Shown one piece after another: positions 40,891 through 54,521 of a DNA stretch of 64,000 nt. The first letter of the stretch is position 1. The number at the start of each line of letters is the position of its first letter. Location of the stretch: NCBI GenBank assembly GCA_964016885.1, contig OZ024741.1, forward strand, positions 170,128,001 to 170,192,000. Direction: 5' to 3'. The position numbers were made by a program, and so were the translations under genes. The notes below the pieces were generated by a model. It did no database searches, was not told where the DNA came from, and saw only the letters and a list, made by a program, of their open reading frames with translations. This DNA is from Eledone cirrhosa (taxonomy: Eukaryota).

Positions 40891-41604
40891 CTACGTCTCC
40901 TGCGTTAACCTAAATAACAAAAACTGCACTTATATAATTCTGCCTCCTCCTTCTCTATTTTCCCTGGACTCTGATCAAATCTAGGAAGCAAACCTAGCAA
41001 GAAAACAACACAGCATATTCCTCTCCGAGAAACAAACACTTTTCTTGTGTATTTTACTGCTGTTTAGGCTACCATTCAGAAAGCCTAGCCTATACATTGT
41101 ACATGAATAACAGTTGAAGTAGCTATTTCCAGAATAGAACGTCATACGGCTGGTGCGTTCTGCTTTTGTGTGAAGTATATATTTCATGTTGCTCCAGTTC
41201 ACTCAGTTGGAAAAAGTGAGTTGCGATATCACTGTATCGACCTTCACCTTTTTATTAGACAACCTCGGTGGCGTGGAAAGTGGGGACTAGTATGCTTGGG
41301 CAACTGTTGTTCTTCTCCAAAAAGAAAATCCCTTGTGCCTTGAAGGGGAAATTTCCAGATGCAAATCCCATGGTGATTCCTGGCTGAAGGAAGTGTGTTT
41401 AAAGTTTTACGTATATCTAAAATTGTAGCTATTATACAACAAACTAAATTAGCACATACCAAGTCATTTGTTTCTATTCCTATCAAATAACAGCAAAGAA
41501 CATCAAATAAAACTATCGATCACTCATAAAAATACCCCACCTACGACCGACAAAAAATGCTATCAGTTAAATATACACCGAAAAAATAGCTAAGAAAGGA
41601 ATGC

Positions 41605-41690
<86 letters not shown>

Positions 41691-42296
41691 CCCAGAGCAA
41701 TTACAAATAATAAATTTAGCTAAATGAAAGATCGATTGTATACAAACAGCACATTATCTCATACAACAGTTACCTCCCATTTGGTTAGCTACGTTGTCCC
41801 AATGATAAGAGGGAAACATTTTTGGAAAGAATGCTTAAATTGATAATTCTATTAGAGAAATCCCTGCGGTGTGCGATGGTTTCGATGTTTAAAACCAACA
41901 CAGATAAACTCTATCGTAATGCATATATTACAATTTGTGGATTTCTAGAATCAATATTGCAGCGAATAGTTTGGCCCTGTTCATTTTAACCAATCAGTTA
42001 CGGGATCAATATTGAATTCTGTCATTCAAACCTATTGTTTTGACACTCCCTAGACTTTATCTTTCGTGAAATACACACATCAATCCTAAAACACCTTCCT
42101 TCTCTTAATATTTGACCATCAGCTACCACAGTTTTCTGAGCTAATGATGATTACAACAAAAACATTTTTCTCATCACCGGAATTCAGCTATTCCCAAGTC
42201 ATATTCTGAAATCTAACTATTGAAACTTCGGGATACCGGCTATGGATATCAAATCTCACTTGGTAGACGTACAGACCTAAACACACACACACAAAT

Positions 42297-42416
<120 letters not shown>

Positions 42417-42459
42417 ACGCACGCACACGCACACGCACGCACACACACACACACGCACA

Positions 42460-42536
<77 letters not shown>

Positions 42537-43141
42537 ACATATATATATATATAAATACAGATAGTCAGAGGCACTTATACAAATACAGATAAACACACTC
42601 TCACATATACACACTAATAATCTACATGAACTCACTCAAGAATATACACTACAAAACGATAACTATCATAAACACACACACACACACACACCAATATAAT
42701 ACACATATGCACACATACCCTTTGGCTATACACAAAACATACACGTTCACCGAATGACACACACATATGCATACACAATAATAGACTCAGTTACACATAC
42801 ACCATCACGAGCAAAATATACACCACTCTAAATACACATACAGACACAAACAGAAAATAAAAAAATACAAGCATGCTCACGAAATGCACCCATCAGCTCA
42901 TCTGTAAAAGCATGAATGGTAACCCTGACGCTCCGCTTAAGAGCCACACACTCACACGCTGGCTTAATTGCCTGTCCACCTACCCCATCCTCATAAACTT
43001 GGTCGTTTTTCAACCTTCCAGCATCTTCATTCCCTTACTTTGATCTTACCTGATGAAGGACTAAGTCCGATACGTTGAAACATTTCCTCTCTGTTTCCAA
43101 CAAGCGTAAAAATAATGAGACAATATACGTGCACACACACG

Positions 43142-43206
<65 letters not shown>

Positions 43207-43209
<3 letters not shown>

Positions 43210-43355
43210 AAAGAGGGTGTGGTAAGATACTAGGTGAACTATAACGCACCAGAGTACTGAATACTTAAGGTAGTAAGGTAGTAGAGGGGGTAATAGGAAA
43301 AGAGTCAGGACCCCGACGGCTGATCTCCGGCCGTTGGAACAGCTAGATCCGAGCT
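43207..43355 (-). mobile_element. Family B single-arm copy
   Basis: Matches the family B terminus. Confidence 0.8.
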
Positions 43356-43369
43356 CATAAATATATATA

Positions 43370-43852
43370 TTTTATTTAGGTTTGTTGGTTCAACACTGGA
43401 TAGAACTGGTCATTCCATATGGTCAATCTCGATGTTTGTGTAGTTTGTGGTGCGAGTACGGAGTTAATTATTATAAGATAACAGGAGGCTGGACTGGTGT
43501 TAATCCTTGAAAGGTTTATTATACCATGATCACCTCAATGACCGGATTCAGTATGAATCCGGTGATATCGTCAGGTATTCAAAATATAACAAAGGAATAT
43601 AACAGATAAAATCCATGGAGCTGAAAATCAGAGACAACAGGACGACCGACCAACTAGCAGCTTCTACCTCAGTCGGTCGTCCACTTGTCTCTGATTTTCA
43701 GCCCCATGGATTTTATCTGTTATATTCCATTGTTATATTTTGAATACCTGATGATATCACCGGATCCATATTGAACCCGGTCATTGAGCTGATCATGGTA
43801 TGATAAACCTTTCAAGGATTTACACCAGTCCAGCCTCCTGTTATCTTATAAT
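43370..43852. mobile_element. PLE pLTR fold-back (arms 43471-43650 / 43672-43851, tail 43370-43470) with decayed HHR
   Basis: Reverse-complement arms; homologous to 6820-6965. Confidence 0.8.
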
Positions 43853-43864
43853 ATATATACATAT

Positions 43865-44289
43865 GTCGGTAGATATATTAATTCTTTACAATTATCTCAA
43901 AATTATTTGTTGAGCAAAATTTGACGAAATTACTACTGTGACTGATAGTAGTGGCTAGGCTCTGTCTTAATAGCACCCCCACTCCAAGCTGGTTAACCTC
44001 AGTGTCACGTGATTGATTCTTTTGAATTTGCCACTTGACCAAGAAGGCAGTGAATTTTTGAATGACTTGGAATCTAGTCCCGCTCGCTTTTTTCCATCCA
44101 CTGAATTATTTTTATATAAGTTGCCAGTGTCCCCGCATTGCCTGGAAGCTTAGCCGAGAATAGACTCCCTGATGACGTAAGGCTTCTCTATAGTTATTAC
44201 GTAACTATATTTATCCCCTTACAGAAACTAATTAGTTGGAGTGAAATTTTAGTAAGTAAGTCAATTTTCATAACTTTCTTATTTACGTC

Positions 44290-44294
<5 letters not shown>
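43865..44294 (+). mobile_element. Family C diverged copy
   Basis: Colinear with 36990-37454. Confidence 0.8.
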
Positions 44295-44347
<53 letters not shown>

Positions 44348-44351
<4 letters not shown>

Positions 44352-44538
44352 AAGTATGACCTTCAACGGCAGAGCTCAAGCCGTTTCGACGGCTATTTCT
44401 GTCCAGAAATAGGCGTTGAAACGGCTTGAGCTCTGCCGTTGGGGTCATACTTTTTCCTATTTCCCACTCTACTACCCTAAGTATTGAGTACTCTGGTACG
44501 TTATGGTCCATCTGGTTCCTTACCACAATTCCTTTGTT
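44348..44538. mobile_element. Family B short fold-back (opposite orientation)
   Basis: Arms plus tail. Confidence 0.85.
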
Positions 44539-44560
44539 ATATATATATATATATATATAT

Positions 44561-45186
44561 GTTGTTATACTTTGGGAGGGTCATGTTGCCAATAAGAAAC
44601 ACACGCACCAATTGCTTTCACTTCAATTTATTATAATAAATTTATAAATTTTGGAAATTATAAATTTCCGGTTGGTTGGTTGGTTCCACAACCAGATGAT
44701 TGTTTATATATTGTCGAAGTTCTTTCGTCACACATTCTGTGACCTCTTCAGTGACTGGGGATTCTTTTCTTTGTTTTTGTGCCTCTCCTTTGTTCTGTCC
44801 TACGCCATCTTGTTTTTGTGTGTGTGTTGTGTGCTTAGAACACATGCGCAAACTAAACACACAACACACACACAAAAACAAGATGGCGTAGGACAGAGCA
44901 AAGGAGAGGCACAAAAACAAAGAAAAGAATCCCCAGTCACTGAAGAGGTCACATAATGTGTGACGAAAGAACTTCGACAATATATAAACAATCATCTGGT
45001 TGTGGAACCAACCAACCGGAAATTTATAAATTCCTAAATTTATAAATTTATTATAATAAATTGAAGTGAAAGTAACTGGTGCGTGTGTTTCTTATTGGCA
45101 ACATGACCCTCCCAAAGTAAAACAACATCGGTTTCAACACACGTTTTCAGATAAAGAATCTTGCTACACAAATTCAGAAACGAAAT
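44561..45186. mobile_element. Family A-related pLTR fold-back (arms 44561-44838 / 44853-45126, tail to 45186) with HHR at 44936-44978
   Basis: gtca-CTGAAGA-g-gtcacataatgtgtgac-GAAA-gaac-TT-cgac; terminus catgaccctcccaaagtaaaacaac. Confidence 0.85.
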
Positions 45187-45328
45187 ATATATATATATAT
45201 ATATATATATAAGTTGAAATAAAATGAAAACGAAATTTCATTTCTCACTCTTAGTATGGCACTTACTTAAATGTAAGTATGTATGTATACGTACATACAT
45301 ATATGTATACAGACGTACAGTAGCATGC

Positions 45329-45423
<95 letters not shown>

Positions 45424-45581
45424 TACATACAGGTACACATACATATATGCACGCATCAGTTTAGCGGGCGCTTATTATAACGCCGCTTTGTTCGTTTGTG
45501 AACAAACTGAACAGCCTGAATTTATGCCATACGGTGTTAAGGCAACCACGTCACCTTTTTGTTCAACACTGACACAGGAAC

Positions 45582-45620
45582 GATGTACTAGTTTCAAGCT
45601 TGTTAGCTATCATCAGCACC
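45582..45620 (-). ncRNA. Minimal type I hammerhead ribozyme, family D
   Basis: ggtg-CTGATGA-t-agct aaca agct-t-GAAA-ctag-TA-catc. Confidence 0.8.
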
Positions 45621-45862
45621 GTATACCCATCTGCCATATAGTTGAACGTTCGAAAGTATATACTTTCCTTATGAAAATTAACGTCTGAGCAGCCTAATTT
45701 GCATATTGAGTGAGTTAAATCGGTCAGGCATACCGAAAACGATAAGTTGAAATAAATAAAATGAAAACGAAATTTCATATCTCACTCTTAGTATGGCACT
45801 TACTTAAATGTAAGTATGTATGTATACGTACATACATATATGTATACAGACGTACAGTACCA

Positions 45863-45996
<134 letters not shown>

Positions 45997-46325
45997 TATA
46001 CCAACCTAACACTCTTATTTACCTACCTAAGTGCCTCTACCACACATATCTCTCTGCCACACTATATAAACAAGACGCACATGCGTGCCACACATATAAC
46101 ATTTGCACTATATAACCACTTATCTTCATGTTGTACTTTAACCTATATCTTTGATTTTTGATTGTACCTATTAATATAAATGTAATCTCGAAGTGTGTAC
46201 TGCCACTCTAAATTTTGTAATGAATGTTGACCCACAATGTTTGAATATGTATCAATGTTTGAATATGTATTGGTATGTCTCTCGGCTGAAAGGGAGGTCA
46301 TATAACTGTCCATGCATTAATAAAT

Positions 46326-46372
46326 TGCTCCGAAGAATCCAAACCTCGGTTTGGAGGAAACAGCTGTAAGCA
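46326..46372 (+). ncRNA. Minimal hammerhead with U4C core variant (also 50525-50571, 35694-35740, and minus copies near 31257-31300 and 35489-35535)
   Basis: tgct-CCGAAGA-a-tccaaacc tc ggtttgga-g-GAAA-cagctg-TA-agca. Confidence 0.78.
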
Positions 46373-46621
46373 CAATAATGTTTTGAACAGTTCTTTGATT
46401 CTTATATTTCATATAATTGCTCTGTAAATCATCTGATGTTTTTACATTGAGCTACTTAACTTACTGGTAATAAGGTAGTAATACATTACTGCCTACCACT
46501 ATTTAGGGTGTGTGTAAAATACTTACAACTGCTTAAGGTTTTGTGTTTACATAACCATAAATAGTATAACTAATACTATTAACTGCTCCATATCGTTGAG
46601 CTGACATATAATATTGCCAAT

Positions 46622-49081
46622 ATGCTAATCAAAGACCAACTCCCCATGTCAACCAAGAACATACCAATACCATCCAGGAATACATATGAGAAATTGCTGA
46701 TCAACAGTGTAAATTCATTTATCAATAGAGTGAGATGGAGGACATTCCATTATGATAGAAACAAATCTAACAACTTGAATAATACTAACAATTTTGACTC
46801 CTTCGGCTTTAAAACCTTTAAAAGCCCCCCTCATAACACTCTACTTAACTCCTTTGAAAATGACCTAGTTAAACTAGTTAAGAACATTAAATACAATAAG
46901 CACCATATTAGAAGCAACACCTTCTTAAACAAACTTAACACTTCTATTAGTGGATTCAAAACTAGTAATAAAATTATTGTACACGCAGATAAAACTAATA
47001 ACATATACAGCCTAGATTATATTACTTATAGAAAGTTTATATATAATGAACTACATAAAAGCTACAAAAAAACCACCTTGAAAAACTTAGAAGATATTAA
47101 TGTAGAGGGTTATAATATAGTGTCTAAACTAGGACTACAGAGGCATACACAACCTTTCACTCCGAACCCCCCTAGATTCTCTCTGAAGGACCATAAGGAG
47201 AACTTCATCAGCAACCCCACGATAAGACTTATCTGCCCTTCCAAGTCCGACATTGGTATTATCAGCAAGAAGATTTTGGATAAAATCATCCCACAAATTA
47301 AACACAAGATACACCTTAAACAATGGGGAAATACGGGTGAAGTAATTGAATGGTTTAAGGATATCAAGAATAATAAGAACAAAAAATTTATTCAATTTGA
47401 TATCAATTCATACTACACCTCTATTTCCCCTATCCTATTAAATAAGGCACTTATCATGGCCATGACCAATAGCGACCTGACTAGAGCCCAGGTTGATGTC
47501 ATCCTTGCGGCCCGTAAAACCATAATCACCTTCGAGGACCAACTATGGACACGCAAGGATACGCACAACAACTTCGACATAACCATGGGATCTAGTGACT
47601 CGGCCCAGGTCACTGATTTGGTCGGCCTATACCTCCTCAATGAAATCCATAAAGACCTCCCTTACCTCAACGGTGGTTTGTACCGCGATGATGCACTTCT
47701 ACTCATAGAATATAAAAAATTTAATATAGAAAGAACTAGAAAACAACTGCATAAGACATTCAAAAACTTTAACCTTAGTATCACCATGGACAAAAACACT
47801 AAAAATGTTAACTTCCTAGACGCCACACTATACCTAGACTCAAAAATATATACACCTTTCCATAAGCCTAATGAGAAACTTATTTACGTAGATACCAAGT
47901 CTAATCACCCTAGATCAATATTAAACTCTATCTCTAAGGGGGTGTCCAATAGAATCTCTAGTCTGTCCTATGACGCAAACATATTTAGCAAAAACTCACA
48001 ATATTACAATCAAGCATTAGCTAGCTCCGGCCATAATATAGAAATAGAGTTCCTACCTAAGAAAACACATAGCTACAACATCATCTCGCACAACATGTCC
48101 ATGAGGAAATCTAATAATAGGAATAGCAACCACAAGTACACCAAAGCGGAGGGTGCCACCGGAAGTAACCATTACCATGGAAACTACTGTGAGGCCTTAG
48201 GAGGAAGCAACACACCAAACACTAAAAGCAAAAATAGAAGAAGAAATAATACATTTTTCAACCCTCCTTTCAACCTAAATGTCTCCACCAACATACCTAG
48301 GGCTTTCTTCTCACTACTAGATAAAAACTTCCCTCTAGGACACAAGTACCACAACCTCTTAAACAAAAACACCATTAAAATCTCATACTCTACGACGCCT
48401 AACTTAGCATACCACATAGCTAGCAGCAATAATAGTAAAATTAGTTCTTACTTCCAACAAACAAAATCACAACGGGATGCAAACCCTCTAAATACCACTG
48501 TAGCAAGCAACAATAGCAACGGCAGTAACAATAGAAATAACACTAGTATAAGTAATAACACCAGGGTTGTCAACCTGAACACCCAAAATCCTATATCCAC
48601 CACACAGACTTCCGCATTGCATTATAACCAGCGGACTAACGCACAGAATAATTGTAACTGTAGAGCTAATAGAACCTGCCCTTTAGATAAAAAATGCCTA
48701 ACCAAGGATGTCATATACTCATGCACAGTCACGACTAATAACTCTTCAGAAACCTATGTGGGCTCCACTTCTAACTGCTTCAAAATTAGATATAACTCGC
48801 ACATCCACTCGTTCAAAAAGCACAGCCTAGCCAACTCCACCTCACTTTCTAGCTACATACACTATCTAAAATCTAAAAATAAACCATACACACTCAAATG
48901 GGAAGTGATAGGCAGCGCGACCTCGTACAAACCACCTAATAAATTCTGTAACCTCTGTATACTAGAGACACACAATATTATCTTCTCCAACCGTAACCTA
49001 CTTAACAAAAAATCTGAGGTGTTTGCAACTTGCCAGCACCGCCTCAGACATTCCTTCCAAAACTTTAAGCCCTATATATAG
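46622..49081 (+). CDS. Penelope-like (Naiad-like) reverse transcriptase / GIY-YIG endonuclease, 819 aa, uninterrupted
   Basis: KNIPIPS, ADKTNNIY, LKDHK, RLICPSKSDIG, FDINSYYTSIS, ITMGS, LYRDD, FLD, CNC..CPL..KC, VIYSC..YVGST, CNLC, CQHR. Clade assignment is by resemblance, not by a tree. Confidence 0.93.
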   Translation: MLIKDQLPMSTKNIPIPSRNTYEKLLINSVNSFINRVRWRTFHYDRNKSNNLNNTNNFDSFGFKTFKSPPHNTLLNSFENDLVKLVKNIKYNKHHIRSNTFLNKLNTSISGFKTSNKIIVHADKTNNIYSLDYITYRKFIYNELHKSYKKTTLKNLEDINVEGYNIVSKLGLQRHTQPFTPNPPRFSLKDHKENFISNPTIRLICPSKSDIGIISKKILDKIIPQIKHKIHLKQWGNTGEVIEWFKDIKNNKNKKFIQFDINSYYTSISPILLNKALIMAMTNSDLTRAQVDVILAARKTIITFEDQLWTRKDTHNNFDITMGSSDSAQVTDLVGLYLLNEIHKDLPYLNGGLYRDDALLLIEYKKFNIERTRKQLHKTFKNFNLSITMDKNTKNVNFLDATLYLDSKIYTPFHKPNEKLIYVDTKSNHPRSILNSISKGVSNRISSLSYDANIFSKNSQYYNQALASSGHNIEIEFLPKKTHSYNIISHNMSMRKSNNRNSNHKYTKAEGATGSNHYHGNYCEALGGSNTPNTKSKNRRRNNTFFNPPFNLNVSTNIPRAFFSLLDKNFPLGHKYHNLLNKNTIKISYSTTPNLAYHIASSNNSKISSYFQQTKSQRDANPLNTTVASNNSNGSNNRNNTSISNNTRVVNLNTQNPISTTQTSALHYNQRTNAQNNCNCRANRTCPLDKKCLTKDVIYSCTVTTNNSSETYVGSTSNCFKIRYNSHIHSFKKHSLANSTSLSSYIHYLKSKNKPYTLKWEVIGSATSYKPPNKFCNLCILETHNIIFSNRNLLNKKSEVFATCQHRLRHSFQNFKPYI

Positions 49082-50616
49082 CAATGTCGGACTGGAACCT
49101 AACACCACATCTAGCATCAAACACCAGAGACACACCCTATACTACATACCCAACACTAGCTGATCCATTATAACACAAACAACGACATCCCTCTGGAACC
49201 CTTCGCAGGGAAAATACCCATTTATACCTCTACGGCAGGTGTGACAACATCCACCCACCTGGACGGCACTACACCGCTCTAAGGGTAATTTGAGCATGAA
49301 TTGATCGGTTGGATGGTGTTGGGCAGAGGAAACACCTTCCTTAGACAGATGTAAAATGATTTAATCGAGTAGCGCTGTTGACCAGTAGGACCGGGCTGCT
49401 GAGCGCAGTGAGTGAATGCAATGCAACTGCCGTGCGGGTTGTACGTATATGGATGATCTGGCGGTCAGAGAGGGGTCGCGAGGACTGCGGATTGACCTTT
49501 GGCCTGCCTGGGGACGATTATCTTTCGACATCCAATGTAGCAAGCGATGACCCAGATCTTACCAGAGATCATTGGGTCCTGAAGCAATCCTGCAATCACC
49601 GCGCCTGGTCATATGAGCAGACTACAACCACAGAGATCATTAATTTAGAATCCTCGCTCATCATCTATAATTTCCATTTGTAGCACCTTAAGATGGGTTA
49701 ATCCACCTTAATAATAATATGATCACCTTCAGCATAATTTAGTTAAACTACTCTATAGTTAGTACACTTTATGCTTTAAAAGCCTCTCTTGGAAGGTGCA
49801 CCTCACCATAGAATTTAGGGTCCATATTGGGACACATTTTAATGGCTAGATATAGAAACCCCAGAGTTACCTCCCCGCATGCATTAACTCCCCTTAGCCA
49901 CACACACACTTCCGGTATTCAATGGCGTCTCTCGAAACGTAACAACCTCCTGTATCGAACTAAAGAACACCAGACTACGATCTCTAACTGGATTGTCGTG
50001 GATTATGTGAAAGGCATATAATCGAAATATACACTCCCTTGACCATGAAAATGCCGAAGTACATGAATTACTTGACATCCCTGCGTTGTGCATCTCCAAT
50101 ACTTATAACACTTTTAATACTTGCACTACCTTTAATGCTTATAATATTTCTCCACACACAGACTACATCAATCATATAAAGACTTTGCCACCAGATCTAC
50201 CAACCTAACACTCTTATTTACCTACCTAAGTGCCTCTACCACACATATCTCTCTGCCACACTATATAAACAAGACGCACATGCGTGCCACACATATAACA
50301 TTTGCACTATATAACCACTTATCTTCATGTTGTACTTTAACCTATATCTTTGATTTTTGATTGTACCTATTAATATAAATGTAATCTCGAAGTGTGTACT
50401 GCCACTCTAAATTTTGTAATGAATGTTGACCCACAATGTTTGAATATGTATCAATGTTTGAATATGTATTGGTATGTCTCTCGGCTGAAAGGGAGGTCAT
50501 ATAACTGTCCATGCATTAATAAATTGCTCCGAAGAATCCAAACCTCGGTTTGGAGGAAACAGCTGTAAGCACAATAATGTTTTGAACAGTTCTTTGATTC
50601 TTATATTTCATATACA

Positions 50617-50672
<56 letters not shown>

Positions 50673-50938
50673 CAGGTACACATACATATATGCACGCATC
50701 GGTTTAGCGGGCGCTTATTATAACGCCGCTTTGTTCGTTTGTAAACAAACTGAACAGCCTGAATTTATGCCATACGGTGTTATGTCGTTCCTGTGTCAGT
50801 GTTGAACAAAAAGGTGACGTGGTTGCCTTAACACCGTATGGGATAAATTCAGGCTGTTCAGTTTGTTTAGAAACGAACAAAGCGGCGTTATAATAAGCGC
50901 CCGCTAAACTGATGCGTGCATATATGTATGTGTACCTG

Positions 50939-51013
<75 letters not shown>

Positions 51014-51066
51014 GCATGCTACTGTACGTCTGTATACATATATGTATGTACGTATACATACATACT

Positions 51067-51157
<91 letters not shown>

Positions 51158-51165
51158 GAGGGGGG

Positions 51166-51231
<66 letters not shown>

Positions 51232-51731
51232 GAGAGAGAGAGAGAGAGAGAAAAGGTGAAGTTGGAAATAACACGGAAAATATATTTAAGGGTCTGTTTT
51301 TATTTTTTGATTCGTCAAAGTAACATTATTGAAAATATAACATTCACAAATTGATAGGGACAATTCTTTTTAAAAAAGATTTTTGTAATGTATATAATGT
51401 ATATGAAGAATTACCGGTTTCGATGTGTTATTAAAATGAAGTGTTAAGTTTAAAAAAATTAAAAAGAGTTAAAAGCGAAGTGTTTAAAATTAAAATCAAA
51501 TGTTTGGATACATCTTCTGCTATCCTTCTTGCTAAAAAATTGGGTTGAAAAAGAAGGCTACTTGTTTGTCTTCACAGAAGGAAGTTGTCTTTTGAAAAAC
51601 ATCCTGTGAGTCTATTGTGTTAATCGAGTGGTCAATAGTTCAAAAGGGGATAGGAGATTGTAAGTTAGAGGTGAATTCTGTAGAAGTAGAAGTAGGATTG
51701 TATGAGAAATTCTATTATTGGAATGTGGTTT

Positions 51732-51782
<51 letters not shown>

Positions 51783-51824
51783 TTTTGCGAGGATTTTGAA
51801 ATGAAATCGTGTGTCGAAAATAAA

Positions 51825-52121
51825 CATACTAAATAAAGATGGCGTAGACATACAATACAACAGGAGGAAACATAATAGCACCACTGACGATGTTGCAGAT
51901 GTGCAACGAAAGAACTTTGTTAGACTATATATATATGTTTGTGTCTATATTGTATCTGTATTTTTGGCCGTTGGTCAGTCAATGGTAAATATTGACGACC
52001 GAATAAATTAAATTAACCGATATAAAAGACAAAGAAGCGATAACCAACCAAACAGTGAGTGTGTTCTGTTATTAATTCTGGCAATATTATTACACAAATA
52101 TAACCCTCCCCAAGTATAACA
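51825..52121 (+). mobile_element. Family A 3' pLTR fragment
   Basis: Matches 14070-14366. Confidence 0.85.
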
Positions 52122-52135
52122 ATATATATATATAT

Positions 52136-52384
52136 TAGAAAGTGAGGTTTTTTACAAAATGAAAAATAACCGAGGTGTCCTACACGAGTGAAAGTATAAA
52201 GAAAAAAAAGATGAAATCGAAAATGCAACTAGAGTTTTATTTTTAAAAACCACAGACCCTCCATCTCAACTCTACTTTTGAAAAGCAGAAGAACTGCAAA
52301 ACCGGAAAAGGAACCAAATAAATATTACTTTTTTTTAAAAATAAGACTCCAGTTACATTTTCGATTTCATCTTTTTTTCTTTAT
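52136..52384. mobile_element. Family E mini fold-back
   Basis: Same sequence as 58388-58728; HHR decayed. Confidence 0.8.
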
Positions 52385-52539
52385 ATATATATATAAACAG
52401 AAGAGAAAAGGTGCTTATGTCTTTATTGGCAGTATGATATATATATATTGTTATACTTCGGGAGGATCATACCGCCAATAAAGACATAAGCACCAGTTGC
52501 TTATCATTAGTTACTTAACTAATCTATTCCTCAATTTTA

Positions 52540-52845
52540 GATGGTACTCCATCGGTTACGACGACGAGCATTCCAATTGATCCGATCAACAAAACAGCCT
52601 GCTCATGAAATTAATGTGGCTGGGCATTCCACAGACAGGTGCCCCCTTAACGTATATCTCTGGGAGGTTCAGCGTGACACCAAACGTGACAATGCTGGCC
52701 CATCAAATTACAGGTACAACTCATTTCTGCTAGCTGAGTGGAATGGAACAACGTGAAATAAAATGTCTTGTTCAAGAACACAACGTGCCACCGGGAACCG
52801 AACACACGATTGTGAGGCGAATACCATAACCACAAAGCCACGTAC
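52540..52845 (-). mobile_element. tRNA-derived SINE
   Basis: Decayed A/B boxes followed by gttcttgaacaagacattttatttcacg. Confidence 0.7.
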
Positions 52846-52884
52846 CTTCACATTCCTTGAATAGTTTAATATAAATATTCTTAA

Positions 52885-52925
<41 letters not shown>

Positions 52926-52926
<1 letters not shown>

Positions 52927-54464
52927 CAGAGTATAACTGTAACGATCGACTTCCCTTCCAAACACCCTAACAGTAGACTACCTGTATTAGACACAGAACT
53001 CTGGATTAACACTATAGACGAGAGAGCCCAAATTCTCCACTCACACTATGCTAAACCCATGGCCTCCAAATACCTGATACTCAAAAACTCAGCAATGTCC
53101 AGTAGTGCTAAGTTTAAGATTCTGATCGCAGATTTGGTACGAGTGATGAAGAATGTGTCCCGCATGTGCGACCCAACAGAAATGGAAAGACACATCCAAC
53201 ACTTCATCAACCGCATGCAGTTCTCTGGCTACAACCAAAGAGACAGAGTCAGAGTATACGAAGGAGCCATGGAGAAGTATAAGACCCTCATAGAACTGGA
53301 CATGAAAGGAATTTGCCCATTATACAGGAGCAAATCATGGAATAGCTTACATAGGGCTAGACATAAGATTGGGAAAGCCACCTCATGGTACGACAACCAG
53401 AGATACCAGAGTGTCATGTTTGTGGACGGTACCCCTGGAGGGAAATTAGCTAACCAGTGTAGAAAGGCCCTGAGAAAGACCCACTTAAAAATTAAGGTGG
53501 TAGAAAAGCCAGGAACCACCATAAAATCCCTGATCAGCAAAACCTACCCTTTTAAGAAAACCCACTGTACCAATAGGAAATGTATCATATATAAATAAAC
53601 CCCCGGATAAACTGTAAAACTAGAAACGTAGTCTATAGCATAAGATGTACAGAGGGTACTTGCAGAAACATGACAACAACATACATAGGCGAGACAGCTC
53701 GTAGCATAGGTGAAAGGATAGACCAACACTGGGGGGAACTAAAAGGACGAAAAAACGGGTCAGTACTATACGAACATGCTAGACAACAACATGACGGTGA
53801 CATAGACAACATGGAAATTAGAATAATATCTAAACATAGAAATGACCCAGCAGATAGGCAAATCAGAGAGGCCAGTGAAATAGAAATTAGAAGACCAAGA
53901 CTAAACAGAAAGAATGAATGGAATAACAACAACACCCAAACAAACAACACTGACCTAAGAGAAGTATAAATAAGTAATGAAAATAAAATAAATAAATAAA
54001 TAAATAAATAAATACATACACAAGCACAATAACAACAAGCACATAAATACACACTAGTCACCCATCACACAGCAAACAAAACACTATACACACACGCAAA
54101 CGCATGCGCAAAGAAGACAATATAAAATAAACAAACAAGCAAATAAATAAATAAATATATAGACAGACTGAATAAAAATGGCGTAGGCATACAATACAAC
54201 AGGAGGAAAAGATAGCACCAATGACGATGTTGCAGATGTGCAACGAAAGATTTATGATAAACTATATATATGTGTTTGTGTCTATATTGTATCTGTATTA
54301 TTTTTGACCGTCTGTCAGTCAATGGCAACATTGAGGACCGAGTAAGTTAGGTTACCGATATAAAAGACACAGAAGCGAGAAGCGAAAACCAACCAAACAG
54401 TGAGTGTGTTCTGTTATTAATTCTGGCAAATATTACACAAATATGACCCTCCCCAAGTATAACA
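52926..54464 (+). mobile_element. Family A PLE, 5'-truncated copy (RT thumb + GIY-YIG + pLTR)
   Basis: Near-identical to 12797-14366; ORFs 52888-53598 and 53670-53969. Confidence 0.92.

Positions 54465-54521
<57 letters not shown>

Larger units (their letters stand above)
46001..50614 (+). mobile_element. Full-length Naiad-like PLE copy 2 with 415-bp direct pLTRs (46001-46415 / 50200-50614)
   Basis: pLTRs look identical; intact ORF; (TA)n flanks. Confidence 0.95.

Noticed and set aside
43047-43075. Hammerhead motif CTGATGA-aggactaagtcc-GATA (and TTGATG..GAAA at about 6517-6550)
   Set aside because: Core mutated and stems incomplete; counted only as decayed relics.
46622-50200. Selenoprotein-type Naiad (in-frame UGA plus SECIS), reported for some Naiad elements
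   Set aside because: The ORF has no in-frame TGA and the conserved Cys codons are ordinary.
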